64,000 bases of DNA. Source: Botryllus schlosseri. Taxonomy: Eukaryota. Made by a program: the position numbers and the translations under genes. This document shows, piece by piece, positions 26,421 to 38,900 of this stretch (its first letter is position 1; the number at the start of each line of letters is the position of its first letter). Below the pieces are notes generated by a model that was not told where the DNA came from, searched no databases, and saw only the letters and a list, made by a program, of their open reading frames with translations. The stretch is from positions 1,488,001 to 1,552,000 of the forward strand of contig CM119372.1 of assembly GCA_051294905.1 (NCBI GenBank). The letters run 5' to 3'.

Positions 26421-26830
26421 GCATCTAACTACATATTTAATACATTGCTGCAGATCACTTATGCACACAATGACTTGTGCATCGACAGAGTGTTAGAAGA
26501 ATATAACCATTTATTGAAAGTCAGTTGAACTTCTGCGGTTCCCATTCAGACACCAGTTCAGATATGCGCGGCTTCACCTTGGAAAGTGACATCGTATTGT
26601 TCGATCGAAATGCAACAGCATGATAACAATTGCCTAATTAAAAATGAGCTTATAAATATTGGAGAGAGTATTGGCATTTCAGAAGGTAGGGGTTTCGATT
26701 CCGAACCCTAACTTCTCCTGCGCACACCAATACACACAACATACCACGATGACAGTCACAATTCGACTACGGATCGGGCCTGATTGCCTGCAACCAATGA
26801 TGGCCAAGACTTATATGTATGAGTTTAGTG

Positions 26831-27561
26831 CAGGGGTGTCAAACATACGGTCCGCGGGCCGCATACGGCCCGCCAGACGATTTCATCCTGCCTGCGAAGC
26901 AAATGTTAGTAGATTGAAAATTCTTATATAATCCAGCACATTTGTAGCAACTGACTACGGTGTTGCGGTAAAAAGTGCACACTGAGTTCAGAGTTTTATG
27001 GAAAAATGGACAAAAACGTAATTATTATACAAGCGAAAACGCCAATGCGGAACAGCTATTTGCAGTTTACTTGAAAAATATTAATATTTCTAATATCTAT
27101 GATCGCACTGCAGTCTCACTTCCCATTCCCACCCTATCGGTTCCCGGACTTAAGAGAAACCCGACTTGCGATTTAATGGTAATCACCCAACTTCCAACGT
27201 CCGCGTTTGCAGTCAAATATCTTGTATTGTATTCCTTGGCTCCATACGCTTGGCTAAAGCTAGTTTACGACTACGGCAATGGGACCATAGAAAATATGCC
27301 AACTTATATCGTCGTTTGTGCCTCAGTTTTATCCGTTCTCAACTGTATTCACCTTAGATTACTAACATTCGGATTAGGTTAGTAATCTATAGTTCAACAA
27401 TCTATAGAGTCATACTCTATAGTTCAACCGAACAATCATCGTGTTTTTGCCAATTCTATTGCGCGCGAATAAAGGTGTTGCGACTATAGCTAGAATAAGA
27501 CCCCTATAAGCAGTGTAATATTATCTATATATTGCGACGCAATTTGATTTTGACACCCCTT
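26831..27561. mobile_element. hAT (Charlie/Buster-like) MITE
   Basis: TIR CAGGGGTGTCAAA...TTTGACACCCCT and perfect TSD GTTTAGTG. Same family as 41232-42072 (opposite orientation), ~8790-9020 and ~62910-63575. Confidence 0.8.
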
Positions 27562-28010
27562 GTTTAGTGTGTCTCTTGACCTCCTCAGAACACCTGAAAT
27601 ATCGGTTAAGAACCACTGCCTTACAGTTGAAATGGATGGCTCAGATCAACCTACCGTACAGAATCTGATCCGACCGCAAGACGATATCCATTGCGACAGC
27701 GACGAGATTTGCAGCATAGTTGCTAAGACCCTGCCAGGGAGTATGTACCACTCTACCCTTCGATATTGTTGAAAATGTAGCCAAGGCTAATGGTACGCCG
27801 TACTCTGATGGAAATAGTTTGAAGGATGTGGCGACTGGTACAGCAACACCGATAATGCAATATCACCCCACTGCAGTCAACAGCGCAATATTCACAAGGA
27901 GGTAGCTTGGAAGACATTCGCATGCTTATCATTGTAGTAGGAAGTGTTCTTGTGTGCACGGATTTTGCATTAACGTAGCACCAAGATAGTTTATACTTTT
28001 CACGTTTTAG

Positions 28011-28297
28011 GCATGTCCTGGTCCAATCAAGTGACTAACATGTCAGGAAAGTATATATTTATATTCATGATTGGGACAACAGCGGGTTCGTCTGTGATGA
28101 CTCAAGTTACGGGCGCTTTGTTCCAGAAAAATGCATTTTCAATGGTGAGATACCGAATGTATCCGCATGTATGAAAGTGTGAGGGTCTTTAATCGTTCTC
28201 CTTGACACAGGTGCACGTGGTTACCGGAACATCAGTCTCAAACGTTTCAGTTTTTACCCTGATGGTCGCCTACAATAGATGTGTTTTGGAAAAATAG
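28011..28297 (+). pseudogene. Orphan last two exons of an MFSD4-like paralog (copy B): gene fragment or alternative terminal exons
   Basis: Exon 28011-28144 (GMSWSNQVTNMSGKYIFIFMIGTTAGSSVMTQVTGALFQKNAFSM) and exon 28211-28297 (VHVVTGTSVSNVSVFTLMVAYNRCVLEK*). Lengths (134, 87 nt) and splice sites match copies A, C and D. No matching upstream exons were found nearby. Confidence 0.7.
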
Positions 28298-28769
28298 AAA
28301 TTTACGACGCACCGTGCCGCAACCTCAACGGGAGATGTGTAGATTCCACTAAGCTTGTAACTTGATACTTCGGATTATCGTCTGAAAATTGATTCTGCTA
28401 TCGCGTTTACTGAGCTAGACGCCCTTTACCTGTTCATTGAACAATTGAATATTCTGCGGTTTAGATCAATTAAAAACACAATTCAAACTGCATTGGCATC
28501 CATGAGGCAGCATAAATATATCTCAGTGGTGCATTGCTTCCCCATTGCGTCGCGCCTAATTGGCATGGAAAGCATCTTGCAATTACGCAGATTGCATTCC
28601 TGCAAGCGGGACTTGCTCAGAATTTCAGTTACTGTTTTGTACCAGGAGTAAATGCCGGGATTTCTATTTGAATTCAGCGAATGCCCATCTAAATCATGTT
28701 GTGGTGTTCAGATATTTGTACGAGACTACAAACGACTTGACGGCTGATTAACAGGTTACATCCCTAATC

Positions 28770-29180
28770 GAATTGGCCAACGGCAGACTTATTATATCAA
28801 TTGCTGCACATGATGGTTCGATTCTCGGCTCTACCAAGTTTCCACGTGACTAAGTTTTCTCTGGGCGCCCCATCGCCGACCTCACTGCGAATGCGGTAAC
28901 TTAAATAGCCCAGAAAGTGCAGTGAGCTTGAAGGACACAGCAAAGATTCGATGTATGATGAAGGACTGATTTGTGGAACAGGGAGTGCAAGAAAAGTCGC
29001 CATGGAAATATTGCATAGAATTGTTGAAGTTTCTGTTGTGTCATGGTCGTGAAGCCTCTTAAGGCTAAGCGCCACTGGCGTGGACGTGGAGCATGTATAA
29101 TTTTGAGACTTGCACTCGGAGATGAAGGTAATAGAAGAGAAGATATAGACGACATGATGACAACAAGAACGAAGTGATGA
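28770..29180 (+). mobile_element. Diverged tRNA-derived SINE
   Basis: B-box GGTTCGATTC at 28815-28824, followed by a core (CTGGGCGCCCCATCGCCGACCTCACTGCGAATGCGG) homologous to that of the 26040 SINE. The 3' part differs and boundaries are approximate. Confidence 0.55.
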
Positions 29181-29750
29181 TATATTTTTTGCATAATCAC
29201 ATCAAACCATACCACGACAGCGCAACCACCGAGATAAGCACATATATGTTGATTTTTGACTCACGCGTAATGATCACGAAAACTGCCAAAGAACAATAAT
29301 AACATCCTGAAGGATATTGATATTCTTTTTCCGTTCATATAGCTGCAATGCGATTTCACCTTTCAATTATAGCGGGCGATTTGCTGCAGTAAAAAATCGA
29401 CAGTACCTTTATGCTGACAGGAATATTAGAATTATAATTCAGTGAATAGCAAGGATTTACGTGCCAAATTGACGAATTTGACAAGATATTTATGCACAGA
29501 GAAAGTTGATCTGAAGGGAAGAATGACATTTGCTACCATCTTTTATTATTTATTTTTTAATTTATTTTTAACTAAATTTCCTTACAGCCATACTGTGCAG
29601 AGACATGTGTACCTGATTGATACGAGTGTGATCAGACTATTTATCGAATCGATCATTCCAATCTGATACCGAATACTGAGCATGGGTATTTTCTGTACTC
29701 CCATTATTGCTGTCTGTTTGTTATGAATTTCGGTTGGATGAAAATAAAGA

Positions 29751-29782
29751 CTCTCTCTCTCTCTCTCCCTCTCTCTCTCTCT
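29751..29782. repeat. (CT)n microsatellite
   Basis: Direct read; lies ~180 bp upstream of the copy C start codon. Confidence 0.9.
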
Positions 29783-29963
29783 GATAGCGTGCGTTGTGAA
29801 AATGATACCCGAAGTCTAGGAAAATGACTTCATAAGACGATATCAAATGATTGACACTTGTAATTTTATGTATAAGCATCCGTTACAGTTACTGTCTAAA
29901 TTCAATAAATGAACTAAGTGATTGGTTGGAGACGCGGAACAGATATTTCTCCAACATTGCAGC

Positions 29964-32900
29964 ATGCATGAAAAGAAGACATTACTGGACAATGGTCAGT
30001 GCAATGTATTTGAGGTCTGATGGTATATACGCTTTTTTGGTGTGCCGGATTATAGCGTTGAGATATACGCCTACATAGGTAACGATTATGGCTGTGTACA
30101 ACGATTCGAGTACTCCGACCTGAATGATTTAGGTCAGCGGTTCTCAACCTTTTTTGACACGCGCCCCCCTTGGCGATGGTCAAAAAAATCTCGTCCCCCT
30201 GACCCCCCTTGCATTTATCGTCATGTCAAAAAGAGCACATCATACAATACAGAGGTGGGCAACCTTTTTGCTAATCATGGCCGTAATGCGTTTACTTTTG
30301 TAGATTAAGGCCGCATTCCAGGGCATAGCCGCAATGAACGATCTGGACGCCAAATACCTATGGTGAACTGTCCATATCCATTCCCGTTGAACTCCGAACT
30401 ATTCTACTTTTCACAACGGCCTATTGTACGCACCGAAATCGCGAGTGGCAATGTTATGAATAGTTGCTGGGAGCGGATATTGTCGCACTAGGCGCGAAAA
30501 TTTTTCAGAGTCGCGAATGAATTGTTATTTCATGACGATTCCCATTCCGGCCCAGATTAAGAAGGGCGTTGCTGCATTAAAATTGGAAAATGATGCCTCG
30601 TTGAATCGCGCAGGGTGCGAAGAAAATTTCAAGATTAATTAAAATCTCTCGAAAATTCGGGAGTGAATCCGTAATTGAAATTTGTATGTCTACGGCCGCC
30701 AACAAATACTAATTGAATTAGGCGGCGACGGCCACACAAATTCCCTTCTACAGCCGCATGCGGCCGTACGGGCGAACCCTGATCTAATAGTATACATACT
30801 GTATATTTTACGCCAATTTTGAATCCGCATTCCAGTTGTTGAGTCTTTTACATTGCTGACAAATTTCCCCAAACTTGTTTTGAAAATGACATCAATTAAT
30901 TTCAAGGTAGGTTGCACTGAGACTAATTCTGATGCTGGTAGTGACTACAGAGAGCACGGCGTCGTTATGTCCTGTCATGCTAAATTTGATCAGTTGTGGA
31001 AATGAATTAAATTGTGTATATTTATAGCCTAATTGAGGGCGAAACCGGGCAACCTATATTGAATTTGAGTCTGTCTTAGGCAGTGCAGTTCGTCAGCTAT
31101 TAATAACAGCTACCTAGCGCACAGAGAATCACGCTACTGCCAAAGCTATAAAGGTTGAGAACCCCTGATTTAGGTAGAGTAATCAGAGGTGATTGTTTTC
31201 GAGAACTGAAATGATACGCTCATTACACTAACTTAAGAGGGAGCGTAATTTATTAGCCACAATAATAGTTTCGATACTATTTTCAACTGTGGAAGCTGTA
31301 AACCTCGATTGGTAATATCACAACATGCGAAACATGTAGTATAAAGGTACGCAACGCATGTTAGTTGAAATGACATTTTCCTTAAGTCGTGATCAACAGC
31401 ATTGACACGAAGTGTTATGAAATAGATGTGATTGGAAAATAATTCCAAATAATCTTTATTGTGATGTAAAACCGGCATTATATTCGTTCTAATGCACCCA
31501 ATTCTGCCCATCCCCGGATATAGAAATAGACTGTGTTCGTTTCAACGACTGAACGTTTTAATTTGGGACAGGTCATCGTGGAAAGCGAGATCAGAATAAC
31601 TGTGTGTGGGTCGTGCTATTCGTAACGGTCTCATCGCTCGCCATGAGCTGTTTTGTGAGTATTACGAATTCAAATGGTTGGGGAGTGGAAATAACCTAAA
31701 TCATCAGACCTGGACTTGCTCATAGTCGTGATTGTGTTGTACTGTTGACGTGTGTGCTTCTTATCACGGTCGACAACGATAAAACCATGGACAGATGATT
31801 TGCACACAGTAATCGACAATCGTGTATGCATATTATCAGTGGGTGAAAATGAAGCAAATACTCCATTCTTTATCGCGATATTTCCCAGGGGTGTCGTTGA
31901 TTCTGTTTCTATATAACACCCGAAATGACCCAAAATGAGGGTCTCAAACTACCGAATCCACCATACAACCCTCGGATATACCTCCATAAAGGTTGGCATG
32001 TGCGACTCGTTTTCACAATTTGGAAGGGTGTCAAAACACGATTTGGTACCGGAAACTTCAGTTTACCTATTTTAGTCTCAACGTTAGCGTAGAAATCTGA
32101 TAAATACACCTATATTCGTCCCATGGATCTACGATGCATGTAGCTGCCGCACAGTACAGAGCGCACCAAAGTAAAATACATTGCATAGAAGCTTAATGCT
32201 TTTCATTGCTATGGAACGTGTTGAAACTCGAGATACCCCAATAGGCGTAGAAGCGGTAGATAGGTAATTCAGGTGTTAATAGAGAAACCATGCTATTGTA
32301 GTGCACGTTTGTAAATGTATTATACGAAGAGGTGATTAATGTTGTTGCCCAAAGTCGTGAGTATTTCCGTCCCTAGGAAAGTTGACGATCAATTTTTGGG
32401 GCTGTTTTCACGGAGTACTAGCATTTATTATTCACAAAAGTCAAGTAAAGCCCAGAACCTTTGTTGCGCTTGGTACACAGTAGTTATGGGGTGTCAAATA
32501 TGTTTCCATTAAAGTATCCGTTTGTATAATCTAGGTTTTGGATTGCGTGGTTCCGCTCACACCGCATTGTCGCCCAGCATATCAAATATTCCATCACAAT
32601 AAATATGGCCCACCATAACGTTTGAAACTTTACTGTTTCGCAATCTAGCAATTACTTATCATATCGTAATCTAGCAGCGCATGACGTGTCCTACTAATCT
32701 GAAGAATCGGACTTTTGGAACGTTACACCTAATTTAGCAGACCACCTTTGAAGCTTCATGGACAAAAGACACGGAATATATTTTCCACTTTTTAGGAAAG
32801 GCATTTGTATTTCACTTTCAATCGAAAGACTTTGGTAGCTTTCACACTCTATTTAACGTCCACTGGCGAATGAATACAACTTCATTAGTTACACGAGCTT

Positions 32901-35900
32901 TCGGAGCGCCGCTCCTTCATCAGGTGTTAAAGCGAAAGTAACGCAACAAGAGCAACGCCAAGAGATTTTCAATTTGAACATATGCATATCATGACATCAT
33001 AGGGAATCACAGCACCGTGATTACAAGAGGACGCGCCAGGCACAACACCAAGCGTCATTTTACTTCTAGATCAAGTAATGTCGTTTATTTGATCCGCTGT
33101 CGAAAACGATGTACGAATGCATGGTAAGTTGGAGAGACCAGTCAACCTCTCCATTAGAGAGTAAATGGTCGCCGACATGATATGTTGAAAGATAACAAAT
33201 CTCAGCCTGTCGGTGATAATTTTTCTTTTGCTGGGCACTCGGAGAACGACATGACAATCGATGTATTGGTCGGGAACATTAAAGACTCTACCCTCCGCAA
33301 GCCTACTGAACAAACATATATTGATAAATTTGATACTTCCGACTAGGGCTCAATATAGGTAGAGGATGTATGCTCTCACAACACCATGAAGTGCTTGACT
33401 TGACACCTTTTGTACATGTGAATTAGCCTATAAACACCTTATCGAATCCGATTTTAGGAGCTCAACTCACTATTTGCATTTCAAATGTAAACTTGATAAT
33501 TAGTGTATATGACGTCATAGAGTATGCGACTTTCACAACATACACATTGAAGTATAAAAGCAAGTGTAGTAATGCCTCTGTTTTCCGAAACTAAAGCTAC
33601 ACTAAATGGCAATTTTACGAACCACAATATTTGTTATCAAGGTATTACTAATCGCGCAAAATATTGAAACCGTATCCGATACAAGTTCTCTGTAATGCTC
33701 TTCAACTAAGCTTTGGGCCTTATAACACGGGATAGGGCGCCATGCCATGATATTCAAGTCTTCGAGTAAACAAAGGGTTAGTATCGCATTTTCATATCAG
33801 TAATATAATTTGCATTAAATGATGCTGAAGAATACTTCTTCTGTCGAAAACTGACACCTCCTGGGATGCATCAATACGAATCAAGCTCTATGCACCTTCC
33901 GCATAGCTCAATTTGTAGCTTTCGGCAGTCCATAAGAACGAATTGAGACACTTTTCAAACCTACTTACTTATTTGAGTAGATTTAAAGTCAATCAATTCT
34001 ACTTCTACTTGAAGTAGTTTGGGGTTGCTTTTCAAGTTGCTACTTGTACTCGTATTTGAGAGGATTTTAGCGTCGCTTCTTATAATTCTACTTAAGTAGC
34101 ATTCTTGCCTACTTTGACCACCTCTGGTGAATGTATAGTTTGTATACTCTTCTCACTTAAAGTACTGTAGAGGGATTATAGGGAATGTCTTCATAGGGGC
34201 TTTTCATATCGATTACCGGACCAACGCTGCAATTCCTGGCAGTAAACACGGATTCAAGAATCGACCAAGTGTCTGAAGTACTCGTTGTAAGATCTGTCGG
34301 AGTATTTGTTGGAGCTGTCATGTTCAGCGCCCTCTCGTCCTTTATGAGGAGGTCACATCACCTATGGAGTTTGGGTAAGAGACGAATTATAAGCAGGATC
34401 AGACAACTGAAAACTTTTCAGCTTTTACAATTTAGTTTCGGAGTAGATTTACTGAATTTGCAAAAAAAACTGAAAATTAAATTAAATTCAAAATAAAACT
34501 TGACTTCATATCAAATCAGAGTTGATTTTCATAAGCATGTGATTGGTAAATGTCTGTGCAGCAAGCTTGGCACGTTTGGCACTTTCCCTTTTTCCTTTAG
34601 TATACTCAGGAAAACCAGAAATTAGATTCGATTAATATGAGAGCACAGAAACATCGCCAAAATTTGATTTGAATTTGACTACCGACATAAAGTTCTAATT
34701 AGTTTAATCCGACAACTAGAATTATCTAATGAGGACCAGATAAGCACGTCGTTGATTTTGAATGAATTATTTCAGCTTTTGCTTCGCTGGCAGTAGGCGG
34801 GCTGCTGACTGTCACGCCGTTTCTACATTCAAGTGCACTCCTTGGAATTGACGAAGCCGTCGGTGGAATCATGTTCGGGTACTTTTATTCTGGTGAGATG
34901 CAGCACTGAGAAACGTTGGACAAAGTTATATTCAAAACGAATTGAGCTGTCCCTGGAGTGGCGAGATAGCGCGGTGGTATAATCCGTGGCTGTAACACTA
35001 ATGCGTTGCGGGTTCCAGTCCGACAGAGGTCGGCTTCAGAATTCCTTTACCTATGTGTTGTAGGTTTATCTAGACTCGTCTTCGTCACCTCATCCGAGTA
35101 AGCGGTGTCTTACAGAAAGCCTAGAAGTAGGCCGTGCTATAAGTCGGCAGTTACGGAGTAAGAATGAAGAATATTGGGTCGGTATAAATGACTATAGTAG
35201 TCGACAATCACCATGAATACCACAAACAAACAAACAAACTCTCTCTGTAACTCTCCGGCAGTCCTCTATTTAAAAATAATGTGACGCTTTAGATTTCAAG
35301 ATGCTCGTAGGTACAGAACTTCAATAAACCCCTGAATATAATGTTTATATCCAAATAAACCCGAATTTTTCGGCTGTCTCTCGTCGGAAGTAACAATCAG
35401 CAGCTATAGTAGATATTTCAAAGGGAAATAGTACATAAACAGTCGTATCACCAAATATGACGTCGCATGCATGCAAATTCAAAGAATCGAGACGGACAGA
35501 TATGGCTAAACGCCACTGGTTCCCAGTCTTTTTGGATATCGGAGCCGCATTTGAAACTTCAGAGTACGTACGGAGCCCCATGAAAACACGAAAATGGATC
35601 GGTAGCTAACCCACCTCTGGATCTAATCATCCAGCTAATCAACAAGCATGCACAGAGCCTTCTATTAATTCTATATCGGTTATTTTAGCATTGATAGTCG
35701 CAGATTGGCGAGTGCTATACATTGAAATAAACTGAATATGCATACCACTACTACAAAATAGAAAATACTATTATGTCGTTATGCGGTAGCTTTTCGTACA
35801 GTCCAGCGCTTAATGCCCAAGTTTGCGGGAGATTGTACGCTAAGTAATATTGGACTTATTGCAATTGATACTTACCTATGAGCCGTTATTTTGATGTTAA

Positions 35901-38900
35901 AAATTGTGTCGAAATTTAATCCTCATGGAGACGATATATAAAGGTGGATGACCAGTAGATCTCACGATATATCCTTGTCAGATGGGTATTCATCCATGCG
36001 TTTGACCCTATAATCTGCATGAATTCTCTTTCCCGGTTTTAAGAACCGACCTTGGACGACTTTAGACATAGGTAATATCCATAATTTCAGCATTCATATA
36101 CATAGACTGACTACAGCTATTTATAGAAACAAACAATAACTGTCGTCTATTTTATTTTTGTGGCATATATAGATGTCCATTAGAGCAGCCAGAAGGCTAA
36201 CTTGCAGTATATTGAGCGTAAGCCGTCGGTTCGACTCGAATACACGAAATCTAGTATTAACTCGAAATATTCTACTTTATTTGCTAAACGCAATTATTTG
36301 TGGTTCCCTCAAGCTTCGAGTATGGTTTGGAAAAGAAGTTGTCTGAATACACCATCTGCCTGCCCTATACGCATGGCCATGCAACGATGACGAACAATTG
36401 ATTTCCCCACTTAATGGGGCATTTCCACTTCATCCTGAACAACAGATGCGATCAAAATAACTCGAAACTGTGTCGCTGCTATATGATTTACTATGGGACT
36501 GGACTAAACATGGACCTAATTTGGTCTCTTGACGTCCAACGAGGATGGTGAAAGTATCCATATCAATATAAATCACCAGTATCGATATCAAATAGCTGTT
36601 AGCCGACGAAAATGATGCTGTTTCTTGGCGTCGGCTTTCGTGACGGAAGTGCTGAAATTATGATTATATCCATATCACCATCTGTAATGGTTCTATCTAC
36701 ACAAAGAAAAATACTATGGCGGAAACCCAATTGATACAAATAGCCTCACCATATCCAAGAATATTAAGCGAGAATGCTAATGTGAAACTTGCAGATTGTA
36801 CAACACAAAAATGAGCTCGCGAGCATTGGTCATTCTTGATCATCGAGTTCGTACTTGAAAATCTTGAAGGTTTTAGCAAGTTCGTTGCGCCAACAACATA
36901 ATATGTTTCAGATACGTAATATTTATCAGATACACATCTAATAAGAGTTCGGGTAGCGAGCAACCGACAATAGTCAATAATTGTCCACTCTGGCCTGGCT
37001 CATAATCATCCCTGGCTTTACTCAGCTTCACTGATATACCCTTCTGGGTTCAATGTCCAACAGCTGTAATTCAGTCCATAGGCAACACACCATAATGTCA
37101 AAGAAGAAATTGAAGAGACTGTACTTAACAAAGTACCGGTACAATATTTGATGGATTTATCATTGGAATGCTGGTTGCTTTTCACTAAGTAGGCTATGCT
37201 TCTTAGTTTTCTTGGTAATGGGTGAATCACTGTAGATTCAGCTAGCCCTTTTCCAAATTGTTTGATTGTCATAACCAGATGCCGTGACTGATGACTCTAC
37301 GGTCTATTCTTTTGCCACAGCTTTTGCCTTTTGGCATAGACTTCTGCAACCACTTTCATTGAAAACAGATGAGACTGGCTCTCTCTTATTGAAGTTTCAT
37401 CAGCTTCATCCTAATTCAAACGTTTGATTTTTATATGTTGTAGAACCTCACAGCAGCAACTGCACATTGCATGATTTTCCATAACGCACAACACTCATGG
37501 GCGAACTGATTTACTGCAGGGGAAGCTGGATAAATCATGTTGGTGAAATTATATTCTGCAGAAAACTTTTCCAGGGCCAGGCATCCATACCCCTTCTTCG
37601 TAAACGGAACCATCCTCCCGATAACTTTCTGTTTCTAATTGATGCATCTTTTGAGATCAAATGAACGTCATCCCTACACAATTTGGAATATAACAACAGC
37701 AACAGCAATGTAAGCTGCCAGGATGTCTATGTCCATCACGAGGTCAAGACGCCTAGAAGTAGCATCATTCTAGTCGCTAAAGCAATTTGATATCCATATG
37801 GATGATTTATATTGATATGGAGACTTTCACCATCCTCATTGTGTGCCAAGAGACGAAATTATGTCCATGTTAAGTCCATACAGCAACAAAACAGTTTTGG
37901 GTCCAGTTATGTTTATCGCCCCTTAGTTCAGAATGAAGTGGAAAGGCCCCATTCGGCTGAAAGTGAGCAAAGTGTCCGAATTGCACGAAGTCAACTGTAT
38001 GCAAATAAGGATAGTTCAATTAGTAAAGGTACCTCGTATATTGCACGCGTTTCGAAGCTGTCCATATCGTTATTTAATTGATATGTATTCATATAAATGT
38101 AGGCGAAATGTTCAAATAAATATGGGATATATTACTGTACGCACTATAGATAATACATTTGTATAGTATTATCTTGTCACCGAATACCGCGAGATTGTGG
38201 ATGATCCTTCATAAAACTACATCACAAGCCATTATCCGTAACAGGCGCATCTGGAACCAAGAAAAGCATACAGTAAAATAGGCACGCACACATTTCGTGT
38301 GTCGTATGCATAATTACATGCTGAATGTAAATCTTCGCAATAAGCATGCCGGGTAGTCGATAAACAAGATCTTGTTTTTGTTCACTGCAGGTATAGAAGC
38401 TTTGTATATGAAGCATTGGAGCGAGGCTACAGCCAGACCATTCGTACAGATAACAAACGCATTTTTCATTGCCGGCGCATTTCTTGCGCCGGTCATAGGT
38501 AAGAATTGATACCAATATATATACAAAGAGAGAGAGAGAGAGAGAGAGAGAGATCAGGAATCTCCTACTCAGAATAATTAAAGTTTTACTGCAATGGATG
38601 TTGTATTAAAATCCATCTTCAAGTTCTATACAACGAATCAGCTATTTTCCTACTCAAATTGAGTATGGGTAATTTTCCATAATTCGCAGATGGCATGGTT
38701 TAAAACTCGTGAAAGATTCAAATTTAAACGCCAATTTATCTTTGTCACGTGTATACCATTGTCATTGCAAGCATGAATGTGAGTAGAGTAAAATGACGTC
38801 AAATAATCATTATTATATTCAAGCGAAACCATTCCTTGAAATGGAGAGCCGACATCACACCAACGCCAGAACATGCCACACCAACTCAGGGAATGCAGTG

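Larger units (their letters stand above)
32370..34126 (-). mobile_element. Copy of the AAGTAG-rich hAT element, interrupted by a Penelope-like insertion
   Basis: Reverse-complement homology to 16087-18364; TIR CAGAGGTGGTCAAAGTAG at 34126. The left end is truncated and approximate. Confidence 0.75.

Noticed and set aside
26034..26468. 144-aa minus-strand ORF with a signal-peptide-like hydrophobic stretch
   Set aside because: Lies antisense within a SINE (A/B boxes, AAAC tail); no splice partner or family motif.
34960..35030. tRNA-like sequences (also ~26045, ~12255-12320, ~57335-57403)
   Set aside because: They have A/B boxes but no complete cloverleaf, and they continue into a SINE core and tail; they are SINE heads, not tRNA genes.
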